Virus record (IMG/VR): IMGVR_UViG_3300020045_003930
Span: 1-33,610 of that record
Reading direction: 5' to 3' (one strand)
DNA from: a virus
Taxonomy: Duplodnaviria > Caudoviricetes
DNA length: 33,610 nucleotides
In this document: positions 8,505 through 17,241 of the stretch, piece by piece
Numbering within the stretch: position 1 is the first letter of the stretch
Layout of the letters: every line of letters starts with the position of its first letter
Translations under genes and position numbers: made by a program
The notes under the pieces: model-generated
Seen by the model: only the letters and a program-made list of their open reading frames with translations
Database searches by the model: none
Told to the model about the DNA's origin: nothing

Positions 8505-8669
8505 TTAAACGATTTCAAAAAGTTGAATTAACCACCACTCATTTACGGCACATTTGAAAATTGCAATAGAAAGCGCTTCATCATGGTCTTTTGCATCAAA
8601 ATCAAAAGTCTCATGGTTAGTTTGGATTGATGTTCCTCTGACTGCTGCGCGTGCTGTGTAGGTTTTCAT
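8505..8669 (-). CDS. Small hypothetical protein, 54 aa (absent from ORF track)
   Basis: MKTYTARAAVRGTSIQTNHETFDFDAKDHDEALSIAIFKCAVNEWWLIQLFEIV*. Directly downstream of the promoter at 8697-8707. Confidence 0.65.
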   Translation of the reverse strand: MKTYTARAAVRGTSIQTNHETFDFDAKDHDEALSIAIFKCAVNEWWLIQLFEIV

Positions 8670-8696
8670 TTTTCATTCCGTTTTGTTGATGTCTTT

Positions 8697-8707
8697 ATTG
8701 TAGCACA
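8697..8707 (-). promoter_or_regulatory. Extended -10 promoter TGTGC-TACAAT
   Basis: Intergenic. Followed after 6 nt by ATCAACAA and then an ORF. Confidence 0.65.
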
Positions 8708-8708
8708 G

Positions 8709-8909
8709 TTAAAACGGAATCAGGTAATGAAAGTCATCGCATTCATTGGTGGCGTACAAATAATCGTCAGGTACACCGCCATTGAATTTGCAGACATTAC
8801 CTCCCAACTTGTCAAGATTGTCACAATCAAAGCATCGTTTTTGATTAAGGTAGTCCTCAATCTGAACCTTGTTTCTAAGTGCTGATTCGTAGATTTCTTT
8901 GTCTGTCAT
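8709..8909 (-). CDS. Small Cys-rich protein ending in IPF
   Basis: CFDC..C..C pattern. ATGA-coupled. Confidence 0.65.
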   Translation of the reverse strand: MTDKEIYESALRNKVQIEDYLNQKRCFDCDNLDKLGGNVCKFNGGVPDDYLYATNECDDFHYLIPF

Positions 8910-9127
8910 TTTTCTAGTGCCTTTGTTTCAATCAATCCAATAATTTCTTCAGATAGCAACTCGGATATTTCAACGCCGTTAAGTTCTGCCGTTACCAAAA
9001 AGGCACGTTCAGGGCAATCAGGCTCAAGCTGTAAGCCAGTTCCACGCTCACGGCTTCCGCGTTCTGCTGGTTCGTAGTCGAGTTCACAATCAAGTTCACC
9101 GCCTAGAAACTTGTAAATGTATTTCAC
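8906..9127 (-). CDS. Small acidic hypothetical protein
   Basis: GTGA overlap. LDYEPAERGSRE..LEPD.P. Confidence 0.65.
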   Translation of the reverse strand: MKYIYKFLGGELDCELDYEPAERGSRERGTGLQLEPDCPERAFLVTAELNGVEISELLSEEIIGLIETKALEK

Positions 9128-9321
9128 AATTCCATCTCCAACTGGTTAGCTTCAGCTATCAAAGCAGCGGCCATTTCTCGGGCTTGGGATGGTGTCATGT
9201 CGTGCTGAAGATTCAGTGAACTACTATGCTGAATAAGAGAAACAAGTTTTCCGCATGTAGGGTGAACATTTCCACTAACTCGAATTGGGTATGTGTTGCA
9301 AAAATTGTTGATTAGTGTCAT
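9124..9321 (-). CDS. Small hypothetical protein
   Basis: AAAGGATAG RBS. MTPSQAREMAAALIAEA helix. Confidence 0.65.
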   Translation of the reverse strand: MTLINNFCNTYPIRVSGNVHPTCGKLVSLIQHSSSLNLQHDMTPSQAREMAAALIAEANQLEMEL

Positions 9322-9349
9322 TTTCTATCCTTTGGTTGGTTGGTGATTA

Positions 9350-9373
9350 AGTGTAGCGCACTTTTCACACTTT
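9350..9373 (-). promoter_or_regulatory. Promoter AAAGTGTGA-N4-TGCGC-TACACT
   Basis: Intergenic. Near-copy of the element at 27670-27694. Confidence 0.6.
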
Positions 9374-9385
9374 GCGCCACAATGC

Positions 9386-9850
9386 CTAATTATTTTGATC
9401 TAGCAGCCATTCAGCCATTAGCAAAGCGTCAGCCCGTCCATGGTGCTTAACTAGCTTTAATGGTGCCGTAGGCCACTTAGTGCGGGCTAGCTCTAGGCTG
9501 GCTTTTTTTTCTGTTCCGATTAAGCCGTGGTGTTTTTTCCATTTTTGAGGCGTGACGTACTCATACGGGTAAAGCAATAGATCAACCACGGCTTCAATAG
9601 TGCCAGTAGCACGCATAAATTTCCCGGTGCTGGCAATACCTTGGCCTGGCATTACTCCCACCTGCTCGATAACAATATCAGCGCCGTCCTGACCAATTTT
9701 GATAGCAGCTTGCAGGGCTATCTTTAGCATCCTTGGAAGTACGCGATCATTAGCGCTGTCAATGTCGCCACATGCTACGAATGCGCCGTTGTGGTCTATG
9801 GCCCCCCATGCGCCACTTCGCAGGCCTGGGTCAATTCCTAGGTAAATCAT
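9386..9850 (-). CDS. RuvC-like Holliday junction resolvase
   Basis: LGIDPG, IVIEQV..PGQG..S..F, VTPQKWKK and GRADALLMA. Confidence 0.85.
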   Translation of the reverse strand: MIYLGIDPGLRSGAWGAIDHNGAFVACGDIDSANDRVLPRMLKIALQAAIKIGQDGADIVIEQVGVMPGQGIASTGKFMRATGTIEAVVDLLLYPYEYVTPQKWKKHHGLIGTEKKASLELARTKWPTAPLKLVKHHGRADALLMAEWLLDQNN

Positions 9851-11436
9851 TCCTCACCCCAAACCCGATCAACCACGCGAAAAAACTTACCTTCTTTTCG
9901 ATATGAAATCATGCTCGGTGGTGTTCCTTGGTTAAGTTGTTTAACGGCTTCGTCAAGTTCGTCTGGTGTCGTCACGCCTGCTTTACGGGCCAGCGTAGCT
10001 ACCATTTGACGGGCTTTTACGCCTGCATAGTTCTCATGCTGTGTCGGGAAGTATTCAGAGATTATCGGGCCATTTAGGCCGCTGTAATATTTCACCATGA
10101 GCATTTCCAATCCACTGGTGCGGCTTGTGTGCTTTTTCCAATGCCACTCCGTTACGGGTAGCTCTGTTGGCTCTAGGCCCATGATGTCGTCTGATCTGAG
10201 GTATACGGTTTTTTCTATTTTTTCAGGTTCTGGAAATTCATGGCCGCAATGGCATTGGCGGGCGTTGGCTGCGCATATTTCGTCACAGTTTGGGCATGTT
10301 TTCGTGGGGGCTGTGCCTTCGCCTTTGCGCTTGCGTCCAGGGGGTGTGATCTGGGTTATGGGGCCGTGGGTGGCTACGTTTCCGGCGAAGTCTAGGACCA
10401 TGCAATCAGTCTTACCGTCTGCCACGCGCAACCCGCGCCCCGCCATTTGGTAATACAGTCCAGGCGATAGGGTAGGACGTAGAAACACCACACAATCAAT
10501 GCCAGGAGCGTCAAAACCAGTCGTTAGAACTGCGCAGTTAGTCACGGCTTGAATGCGTCCGGCTTTAAAGTCGTTCAAGATTTTGTCGCGATCTGCTGAT
10601 GGTGTTTTTCCTGTCACGGCTTCGGCGCTTATGCCGTTTTGTCGCAGCATATCGCGCACGTCTAAGCTGTGCTGTACTCCAGCGCAAAACACAATCCAGC
10701 TTTTGCGATCTTTGGCGCGTGCGATTGTTTCGTGTACGGCGCGTGCGTTGTTGTCAAACGTGTTGACTGCCAATTCCAAAGACTTACCAACGAACTCACC
10801 CGCTGATTTTGTCACGCCTTGCGTGCTTAGCATTAGGCTGGTGTGCTTGCTTCGCAGTGGTGAAAGGTATCCGCTTGTGATTAGTTCCTCGATTGAAACT
10901 GGCTCAATCAAGTCGCTGAATAATACAAAATCGCCTTCATGGATCATTCCGTGGCCCAATCGGTACGGACTAGCCGTCAACCCAATAACGCGCATGTCTG
11001 GATTGATAGCCATTAGGTCATTTATTAGCTCACGGTATGCACCTTCACCAGTCGGGCTGATGGAGTGGCATTCGTCCACAATGCACAGGTCAATATGCCC
11101 GATCTGATTGCCACGTTTAGCCACGCTTTGAATGCCTGCAAAGACAATAGGCTCAGTTAGGCAAAACCGCCGAAGGCTTGCAGAGTAGATGCCCATAGGA
11201 GCATTAGGCCAGTGCTGACGCATTTTTTCAGCGTTCTGAGAGATTAATTCTTTGGCGCTCGTCAGCATCAATACCCGCGTACCGGGCCATGATTGAATAG
11301 CATCCTTCACCAAGGCCGCAATGATGTGAGACTTACCCGCGCCAGTTGGTAGGACTAAGCATGGGTTTCCAGCATTACCAGCGCTGAACCATTCGTATAG
11401 CTGGTCAATTGCCCGTTGTTGGTATTCTCTAAGCAT
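9847..11436 (-). CDS. SF2 DEAD/DEAH helicase (RadD/YejH-like) with Zn finger
   Basis: LREYQ, PTGAGKS, DECH, TASP, TTGFD, QMAGRGLR and CPNC..CHCG. Confidence 0.93.
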   Translation of the reverse strand: MLREYQQRAIDQLYEWFSAGNAGNPCLVLPTGAGKSHIIAALVKDAIQSWPGTRVLMLTSAKELISQNAEKMRQHWPNAPMGIYSASLRRFCLTEPIVFAGIQSVAKRGNQIGHIDLCIVDECHSISPTGEGAYRELINDLMAINPDMRVIGLTASPYRLGHGMIHEGDFVLFSDLIEPVSIEELITSGYLSPLRSKHTSLMLSTQGVTKSAGEFVGKSLELAVNTFDNNARAVHETIARAKDRKSWIVFCAGVQHSLDVRDMLRQNGISAEAVTGKTPSADRDKILNDFKAGRIQAVTNCAVLTTGFDAPGIDCVVFLRPTLSPGLYYQMAGRGLRVADGKTDCMVLDFAGNVATHGPITQITPPGRKRKGEGTAPTKTCPNCDEICAANARQCHCGHEFPEPEKIEKTVYLRSDDIMGLEPTELPVTEWHWKKHTSRTSGLEMLMVKYYSGLNGPIISEYFPTQHENYAGVKARQMVATLARKAGVTTPDELDEAVKQLNQGTPPSMISYRKEGKFFRVVDRVWGEE

Positions 11437-11723
11437 TAGAAATACTCACCCATACTCATAGCCTCAGAATCACTGCATCCAATGGATGCTAATACTTCAT
11501 ATTCGTTATATCGTTTTGTGCTTTTTGATTGTCTTGAGCAGTATTTCAACAATCTAATATGATCTCTTTGACTCTTGATTTTCATTTTCATTTTTTGCAT
11601 TGTTTCGTATTGCTTTTCTGAGCAAAAACCTTGCTTTTCAACTGATACTGCAAACTTTGCCCATCCGTAACCAATTTGGCAAATATAGTCAATAATTGTT
11701 CTTTGTTCTTTTGTAAACATCAC
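11436..11723 (-). CDS. AT-rich hypothetical protein
   Basis: Overlaps both neighbours (GTGA at one end, TAATG at the other). Visibly AT-richer than its flanks. Confidence 0.6.
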   Translation of the reverse strand: MMFTKEQRTIIDYICQIGYGWAKFAVSVEKQGFCSEKQYETMQKMKMKIKSQRDHIRLLKYCSRQSKSTKRYNEYEVLASIGCSDSEAMSMGEYF

Positions 11724-12712
11724 CCCACCACCCGCGCATCAAACTCAGAATATTGATCCCTCACGCCACTAGCGCACGCCTTCCAGTTAGCCACAATCTC
11801 ACGGCTTAAATAAGCCTCCGGCGCATTATGTATTGGCCCTGCTTTTGTCATCCATATCACGCCAGTCTCAGCTCGCTCATGCTGCCATGCTGGCGTAAGA
11901 TCGGGATGTATGACGTGGTTGTCACATCCTTCTAGCTGGGCATTTAAGTCGGGGATTATCATGTCCCAATGAGCGCAGTGCCATGTGCCATCGTCTATTG
12001 CTGTGCTATGAGCGCATGTCCGGCAGTTCACTTCATTTGTCAGTTTGGATCCGTGGCAAAGGTCGTGCGCACTGCAATAGCGACATTCAAACCACGACTC
12101 ATCTACGCTTATGCCAGATGGGGCACGGTCAGCTTTTACAATGCGTTTTCCGCGCTCCAAAAACTTCATGGCCACGGTGTCATCCCGCTTTACGACTTCA
12201 GAATAAACCTCGTCATTGTCTTTATTCACCATGACAAATAGCGCGTTGTCTACGTCTTTTCCCATCATGTACAAGTGCACTTGCACCCAATATACGGGCT
12301 TTGACTTCTCAAGTCCTTTGTTCACTATGTCTTTAAACGACTTGGCAGACGCCGTTTTGATCTCTAGGATGTGCTTTGCTTTTGTGTTTCCCGGCACGCC
12401 TGATTCGATGATGCCGTCAATTGACCCGCCAATGTGACATCCAAAATTTACGCGGCTCTGATTAGCTCCAGTGTTGGTTATCTTCATTCCAATCGCTTGC
12501 AGGTCAGCAACTACGGTGCGTTCTTCAAGTTGACCACGTCGAAACAGGCGCAGGATTCGACCTGGGAATTTTTCAATTACGGCGAAGCGAAAACTGAGCC
12601 ATAAAAAACGGTCACACGCATGGCCAAGTTGTGAGCATCCCATGTGACCGCGTGGGACTTCTCTGACTGATTCATGGTGTAGATCTATTAGGTTTTGAAT
12701 GTCAGTTGACAT
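11720..12712 (-). CDS. Cas4-like PD-(D/E)XK exonuclease with Fe-S-type Cys motif
   Basis: G..CDR.LW, GSIDG, LEIKT, Q...YM and CRYC.....C. Confidence 0.8.
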   Translation of the reverse strand: MSTDIQNLIDLHHESVREVPRGHMGCSQLGHACDRFLWLSFRFAVIEKFPGRILRLFRRGQLEERTVVADLQAIGMKITNTGANQSRVNFGCHIGGSIDGIIESGVPGNTKAKHILEIKTASAKSFKDIVNKGLEKSKPVYWVQVHLYMMGKDVDNALFVMVNKDNDEVYSEVVKRDDTVAMKFLERGKRIVKADRAPSGISVDESWFECRYCSAHDLCHGSKLTNEVNCRTCAHSTAIDDGTWHCAHWDMIIPDLNAQLEGCDNHVIHPDLTPAWQHERAETGVIWMTKAGPIHNAPEAYLSREIVANWKACASGVRDQYSEFDARVVG

Positions 12713-12735
12713 TGGTTTCCTTTTTTGTTGAGTTG

Positions 12736-12759
12736 AAAAACCCGCTGGTTAGGCGGGTT
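12736..12759 (-). terminator. Intrinsic terminator after the methyltransferase
   Basis: Minus strand reads AACCCGC-CTAACCA-GCGGG-TTTTT. Confidence 0.75.
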
Positions 12760-12766
12760 CTGTATC

Positions 12767-13813
12767 TTAATCCATCAAGTCAGGTTCAGCTTCAAACAAT
12801 GCGTTTTGTTTGAATGTGTTTTCATTTTCAAAACGCATTGATGCCAGTGATAGATTGATCTTGGCTTGCTTGAAATAGCTATCCTTTAGCTCGATTCCAA
12901 TGGCTTTGCGGCCCATTGATACGGGGCTGAATACTTCACTACCAACGCCCATGAATGGTGTCAATACGACTTCTCCTGGGTTGCTGTATAGCTCAACAAG
13001 GCGGTCAATCACGTCAAGCTGCAAAGGGTGAACGTGTTTCTCGTCATCCTCTTCGCGTCCGTCACGGAATGGCAAAACATTGTCGATGCGAATATCATCC
13101 CATACGCTAGATGCGTACCGCTGCCAAATGTAATGAGATAGCTTGTTGCTCTTTGGGTCTTTGTGGTCTTTGAAGTTTGTCTTCAAATACTCCCACAATT
13201 CATCCTCGTTAAACTTGGATTCGTTCGCGTTGTTGAATGCTCTCAAAATGTTAGGCAGGATTGGTGTGTCACCAAAGTAGCGTGTTAGTCCGTTCGGATG
13301 CGTAACAGGAACGGCGTTGTCGCCTTTCTTTGTAAATACCAATACATAGTCAGGCATGGCCGTGAAGCACTGAGTAGAGTCTTCGACAATCAGCTTGTGC
13401 ATGAGGCTTTTCACCATTGTCCGCATCCGCACTTTCAACGGCTCTTTCCAGATTGTGATTCGGTTGCGGTATTGAAAACCATACTTTTCATGCAGTCGAA
13501 TGATCTCATGTGGGAAGTCCCAAAGGCGGCATGAGTTGTCGAAAACATCAGTACAGTGGACTGCGTTTACTCGGCCAGGTTTTGTCACTCGCGCCATTTC
13601 AGCTACTAGGAATTCATACTGCTCTAAAAATTGTTCTTTGTTTTCGCAGTTGGAAAAATCACGCTCGCTAGAACTGTAATTGTAAAGTCCTGCAAACGGT
13701 GGGGAGTATAAAATCAAGTCGATTGACTCACTAGGAATGCTTGGCAAAATTTCCATGCAGTCCGAGTTATAAAGTGAATAATTTTCTGTGTGTTCTTCTT
13801 GCTTGGTTAACAT
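12767..13813 (-). CDS. DNA amino-methyltransferase (N4-C/N6-A, beta-class order)
   Basis: Motif IV ILYSPPF near the N-terminus. HVHPLQL and motif I VLTPFMGVGS..GIELK near the C-terminus. Confidence 0.92.
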   Translation of the reverse strand: MLTKQEEHTENYSLYNSDCMEILPSIPSESIDLILYSPPFAGLYNYSSSERDFSNCENKEQFLEQYEFLVAEMARVTKPGRVNAVHCTDVFDNSCRLWDFPHEIIRLHEKYGFQYRNRITIWKEPLKVRMRTMVKSLMHKLIVEDSTQCFTAMPDYVLVFTKKGDNAVPVTHPNGLTRYFGDTPILPNILRAFNNANESKFNEDELWEYLKTNFKDHKDPKSNKLSHYIWQRYASSVWDDIRIDNVLPFRDGREEDDEKHVHPLQLDVIDRLVELYSNPGEVVLTPFMGVGSEVFSPVSMGRKAIGIELKDSYFKQAKINLSLASMRFENENTFKQNALFEAEPDLMD

Positions 13814-13834
13814 TTTATTTCCTTGATAAGTTGG

Positions 13835-15211
13835 TTATTTCAAAAACATTGGCAATTTAGCGCTGTTGGTAAACTCACGATTCTTGAAACTGAAATCACG
13901 ATTAGCAGCTTGAACTAAGTTTCCGTAAAGCTCGATTGCCTTTTGTGTCTTTTGCTCCAAAGCCTCTAGGACGCGCTCTTGTCCTTCGCTGATTACCATG
14001 TCGCAAACTACTTCTGACTTTTGACCAAATCTCCAAAAACGGCGAATCGCCTGGTAATATTGCTCGTAGCTCCATGTAGGGAAAAATACGGTGTGATTGC
14101 AGTGCTGCCAATTTAAACCCATCGAAGTCATACGTGCCTTGGTCACCAGTCGCTTAATTTCACCATTGGCAAACGACTGCAAAATGTCCTCTTTTTTGTC
14201 AATAGACATACCGCCAATAATCTCAACGGCGTCACGGTCTAACTCTGAAAGCAGTTCACTTTCGTCGTTCAGGTTACACCAATAAACTGATGTTTTTCCA
14301 TGTGACAATTGCACTGCTTTTTCGCAGCGTTCAGCGACTGTTAATTTTTGTTCTTGCCTTACTTCCGTCATTGTTGACGCTGGCATAGAAAACAATGACG
14401 ATTGATCTTCAATGCACCATGTTTTACTATTGTGAACCATGTGCTTATTAAGATGCAAAGCTGGTAAATCATAATTTGAATCACTAAAACCAAGGTCAGA
14501 CGGTTTTTTTACCATGATTGACCATTGATTGACCCATGCGAAAAAGTCACGTTCAGCATGTGGCTTTAAATAGAACTTCTCGCCAATGTTTCGGTTATTG
14601 CTATCTGCCGTGTTCTGGTTTGACTTAAAAAACTTTGTTAGCATGTCCATGTAACCCATGTAACCCAATGCCTCAGAGCTGTTGCCAAGCTCAATAAAGT
14701 CATTGGGGCTAGGCGTTGCTGTTGCCAAAAAGCGATAAGGCACGCGCTTGATAAATGCAACAATGGCGTCACGGGTTTTACCTGCAAAGTTTTTCAGGAT
14801 GCTGGACTCGTCAAGCATGACGCATTCAAAGTCATCAGGATTAAGCAAGTGCAGCCGCTCATAGTTGCATACTACAATTTTCTTTGTAAATGTACCGTCT
14901 TTGCTGTGTTCAATGTCGTAAACACCAATTCGGTTAGCTTCATTTATAAACTGAAAAGCCACGGCCAAAGGCGTGAGAATCAAAACGCGCTTGTTAGTCT
15001 TGCGAATGATGTTTTCAGCGATTGAAACCTGAATCAAAGTCTTACCAAGTCCGGTATCAGCAAACACACCGATACGGCCTTTGCGTAGTGCCTTGGTAAT
15101 AATGTGTTCCTGAAAATCAAACGCGCTTTCAGGCAGCCAAACAGGCTCAAATCCATAGCTGTTTGTGCTGTGCGTCTTTGTCCTTATGAACTCGTCATAA
15201 TTCATTTTCAC
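13835..15211 (-). CDS. SNF2-like SF2 helicase/translocase
   Basis: FDFQ, DTGLGKT, DESS, TATP.PN, GLNWQ and QAIRRFWRFGQ. The start may be ATG 15205. Confidence 0.88.
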   Translation of the reverse strand: MKMNYDEFIRTKTHSTNSYGFEPVWLPESAFDFQEHIITKALRKGRIGVFADTGLGKTLIQVSIAENIIRKTNKRVLILTPLAVAFQFINEANRIGVYDIEHSKDGTFTKKIVVCNYERLHLLNPDDFECVMLDESSILKNFAGKTRDAIVAFIKRVPYRFLATATPSPNDFIELGNSSEALGYMGYMDMLTKFFKSNQNTADSNNRNIGEKFYLKPHAERDFFAWVNQWSIMVKKPSDLGFSDSNYDLPALHLNKHMVHNSKTWCIEDQSSLFSMPASTMTEVRQEQKLTVAERCEKAVQLSHGKTSVYWCNLNDESELLSELDRDAVEIIGGMSIDKKEDILQSFANGEIKRLVTKARMTSMGLNWQHCNHTVFFPTWSYEQYYQAIRRFWRFGQKSEVVCDMVISEGQERVLEALEQKTQKAIELYGNLVQAANRDFSFKNREFTNSAKLPMFLK

Positions 15212-15226
15212 CCCTAAATTGTTGAT

Positions 15227-15251
15227 AAAAAACCCCGAGTTACCGGGGTTT
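15227..15251 (-). terminator. Intrinsic terminator after DUF669
   Basis: Minus strand reads AAACCCCG-GTAACT-CGGGG-TTTTTT. Confidence 0.8.
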
Positions 15252-15252
15252 A

Positions 15253-15263
15253 ATTGTAGCTCA
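15253..15263 (-). promoter_or_regulatory. Promoter-like TGAGC-TACAAT abutting the terminator
   Basis: Same motif family as the other leftward promoters. Confidence 0.5.
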
Positions 15264-15267
15264 AATA

Positions 15268-15777
15268 CTAGCGTTTAGCCCACGGTGGCGCAGCTTTTGC
15301 GGGTGCAGCGGCTGCCGCTGGCTTGGCTTGTACGGCTGCGCGTGGTGCTGGTGCTGGCTGTGGTGAGTCTCCTAGGGATTTGTATCCTTTGATCTCGTTG
15401 CCTTCTTTGTACTGGCCTGAAGCTGGTTTGATAACCACCTTGGCAGACAAAGATCCGCCAAGAAGCTGATCGGTGTCCTCCAGCGATTCAATGCCGATAG
15501 CCCGCAAAATTGAACCAAGCTGTCCACGTCCAATCTGCTCGGCCTGGGCTGAATCATTTTTGATGTTCAACGCACCAAAGAGAAACCGTCCGGTGTGCGT
15601 TGGCCCGTCAACGTGCAATTTAAGGTTGATGTACTGGCCTGTGCCTGACTTTGTTTGCTTGATTTCAGCGTCGTGAATTGTCATGTTGTAGTCACCCGCT
15701 GGCAGTGGCGTAAAGTCACCGCCTCCGGTATCTTCGGGGAGGTCGTTTGTGTTAAATGTTTCGTCGAGGCGTGCCAT
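15268..15777 (-). CDS. DUF669 protein (putative ssDNA-binding protein)
   Basis: FTPLPAGDY...I..AE.K.TKSGTGQY, plus an Ala/Pro-rich tail ending PPW. Lies near the Sak4-like ATPase. Confidence 0.85.
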   Translation of the reverse strand: MARLDETFNTNDLPEDTGGGDFTPLPAGDYNMTIHDAEIKQTKSGTGQYINLKLHVDGPTHTGRFLFGALNIKNDSAQAEQIGRGQLGSILRAIGIESLEDTDQLLGGSLSAKVVIKPASGQYKEGNEIKGYKSLGDSPQPAPAPRAAVQAKPAAAAAPAKAAPPWAKR

Positions 15778-15780
15778 GTG

Positions 15781-16173
15781 TTAGTCCTTAGTTTTCAGAG
15801 TGATTGAGAATGAAGGCCGTGAAGCCGTGGTGGTAATTGCTTTGATAAGCACGTTTTTATATTCGTCTGGCGCTGACTTCCAAGCGTTTAAATTCAAATC
15901 AGGCTTCCAGCGAAACAAAATACTCAGTTGATCTTGAAGTTGGTACTCTTGTGCGATCTCTTGCACCAATTCAGAGTCAATTTTACGGGTTAGCCGTGTC
16001 GTTACTTTGCATTCAAAGTCGCCAACGTGGTGAGCCTTTGAACTGTCTTTAGTGTGGTCAACTTTCAGCATGATAGCCATTTGATCTTCAATAGCGCGGC
16101 GGTCAGCTACAGCGTCATTCTCAGTTTCTTTGGCTGAAAGCCAATCGGCTGCGAGTTGTTCTATGGTTTTCAT
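15781..16173 (-). CDS. Conserved phage protein of the recombination module
   Basis: W..AK..E..A...RR.IED..FRWKP..W..AITT...RPSF. Confidence 0.7.
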   Translation of the reverse strand: MKTIEQLAADWLSAKETENDAVADRRAIEDQMAIMLKVDHTKDSSKAHHVGDFECKVTTRLTRKIDSELVQEIAQEYQLQDQLSILFRWKPDLNLNAWKSAPDEYKNVLIKAITTTASRPSFSITLKTKD

Positions 16174-16409
16174 TTGCGAGCCTTTAGCATTAAATCAGCC
16201 AGAACAAAAGAACGACGCACGATTTCTTTTGAGTCTGTCGCATCAGGCCATTGCCCGCTCAATAGTCCCTGCATCGCCTTCGCTGCAAAGTAATCACGCA
16301 TGGTCATTCCGGCAGACGAGATTTCAATGCCGACTAAATGCCCAATATCATCTCTCGCAATAACGTTGTCCACCGGAAACGCCGGACCGCCTGTTTCAAT
16401 CTTACTCAT
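16170..16409 (-). CDS. Small phage protein (GGPAFP..GMTMRDYFAAKAMQ family)
   Basis: Recognisable widespread phage motif. ATGA overlaps. Confidence 0.75.
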   Translation of the reverse strand: MSKIETGGPAFPVDNVIARDDIGHLVGIEISSAGMTMRDYFAAKAMQGLLSGQWPDATDSKEIVRRSFVLADLMLKARK

Positions 16410-17149
16410 GCTGTCACAGCCTTAGCCATTGCATCGCTAAAAGACTGCCATTCAAGTTTGCAGCTATCTGGCAAGCTGTAGCGGTTCTTTGCCAAATACG
16501 CTGGCTTTTCTTGCGTGTAAATCAAGCGTTCACCATTGCTTATAGCCCGTCCGCGTTCTTTGTTGAAACCCAAGTCCTCTTTTTTTACCACTGTTTTGTA
16601 GTTGGCAAACAAAACACAATCTGCCCATTCTTGCACCAGTGCGCTAGATCGCGTGGATAGCTTGGGCTGATAGCGGTCATAAGAGTCAACTTCTGGTGAG
16701 TCAAACCGTTTGATCTCTGAGTGACCAATCAGAATGACAGTCATGTTTTTATCGTTGCGAAGGGCGTTAAATCCGTCAAGAATCTCGCGCCATTTGTCAG
16801 CTAAAAACATGGCACTGCGTCCGTAGGCTAGCTCCTTGGCGTCGTGGCTGGCTTCAATCTCTTGAATCAAAACATTCTCTAACCAGTCAGCGGTGTCTAG
16901 CACGACGGTTTGATAATCGTGTTCTTCTACGTAAAGAGTTTGCAGCATTTCAATAACGTCCGTGCTGCTGGTTGCGATTGGAAAATGCGCCACGTCAAGG
17001 GCGTCTAGTCCGTCCTCAGCGCAAATGAAAATCGGGTTAGGGGCTTGGCTTGCAAATGTACTCTTGCCAATGCCATGCGTTGAATAAAGAAAAATGCGAG
17101 GCGGGCGAAGGTTCTTACCCTTCTTGATTGAACCAAGATTGATAGCCAT
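16406..17149 (-). CDS. AAA_24 / Sak4-like ATPase recombinase
   Basis: P-loop HGIGKST, VVLDTADWLE, LIGH, EWAD.VLF and AKNRY. Confidence 0.85.
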   Translation of the reverse strand: MAINLGSIKKGKNLRPPRIFLYSTHGIGKSTFASQAPNPIFICAEDGLDALDVAHFPIATSSTDVIEMLQTLYVEEHDYQTVVLDTADWLENVLIQEIEASHDAKELAYGRSAMFLADKWREILDGFNALRNDKNMTVILIGHSEIKRFDSPEVDSYDRYQPKLSTRSSALVQEWADCVLFANYKTVVKKEDLGFNKERGRAISNGERLIYTQEKPAYLAKNRYSLPDSCKLEWQSFSDAMAKAVTA

Positions 17150-17211
17150 TGATGAAAATTCCTTTTACGTTGATAACCGATTTCGGCCTATTCCGGCTTC
17201 GGTGTGTTGAT

Positions 17212-17222
17212 AGTGTAGCGCA
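17212..17222 (-). promoter_or_regulatory. Promoter TGCGC-TACACT for the recombination module
   Basis: Intergenic, with TTAAAA 17 bp upstream. The leader contains an ACCGA..TCGGT hairpin. Confidence 0.6.
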
Positions 17223-17241
17223 ATAAATTGGTGGTTTTAAA

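Noticed and set aside
10097-11107. Long opposite-strand ORFs (also 31572-32081, 32623-33033, 20265-20675 and others)
   Set aside because: They are shadows of well-supported genes, with no RBS or motifs.
11720-12712. CRISPR-Cas locus
   Set aside because: No repeat-spacer array or other cas genes anywhere in the window.
12767-15211. Complete restriction-modification or DISARM system
   Set aside because: No nuclease, specificity subunit or drm genes inside the cassette.
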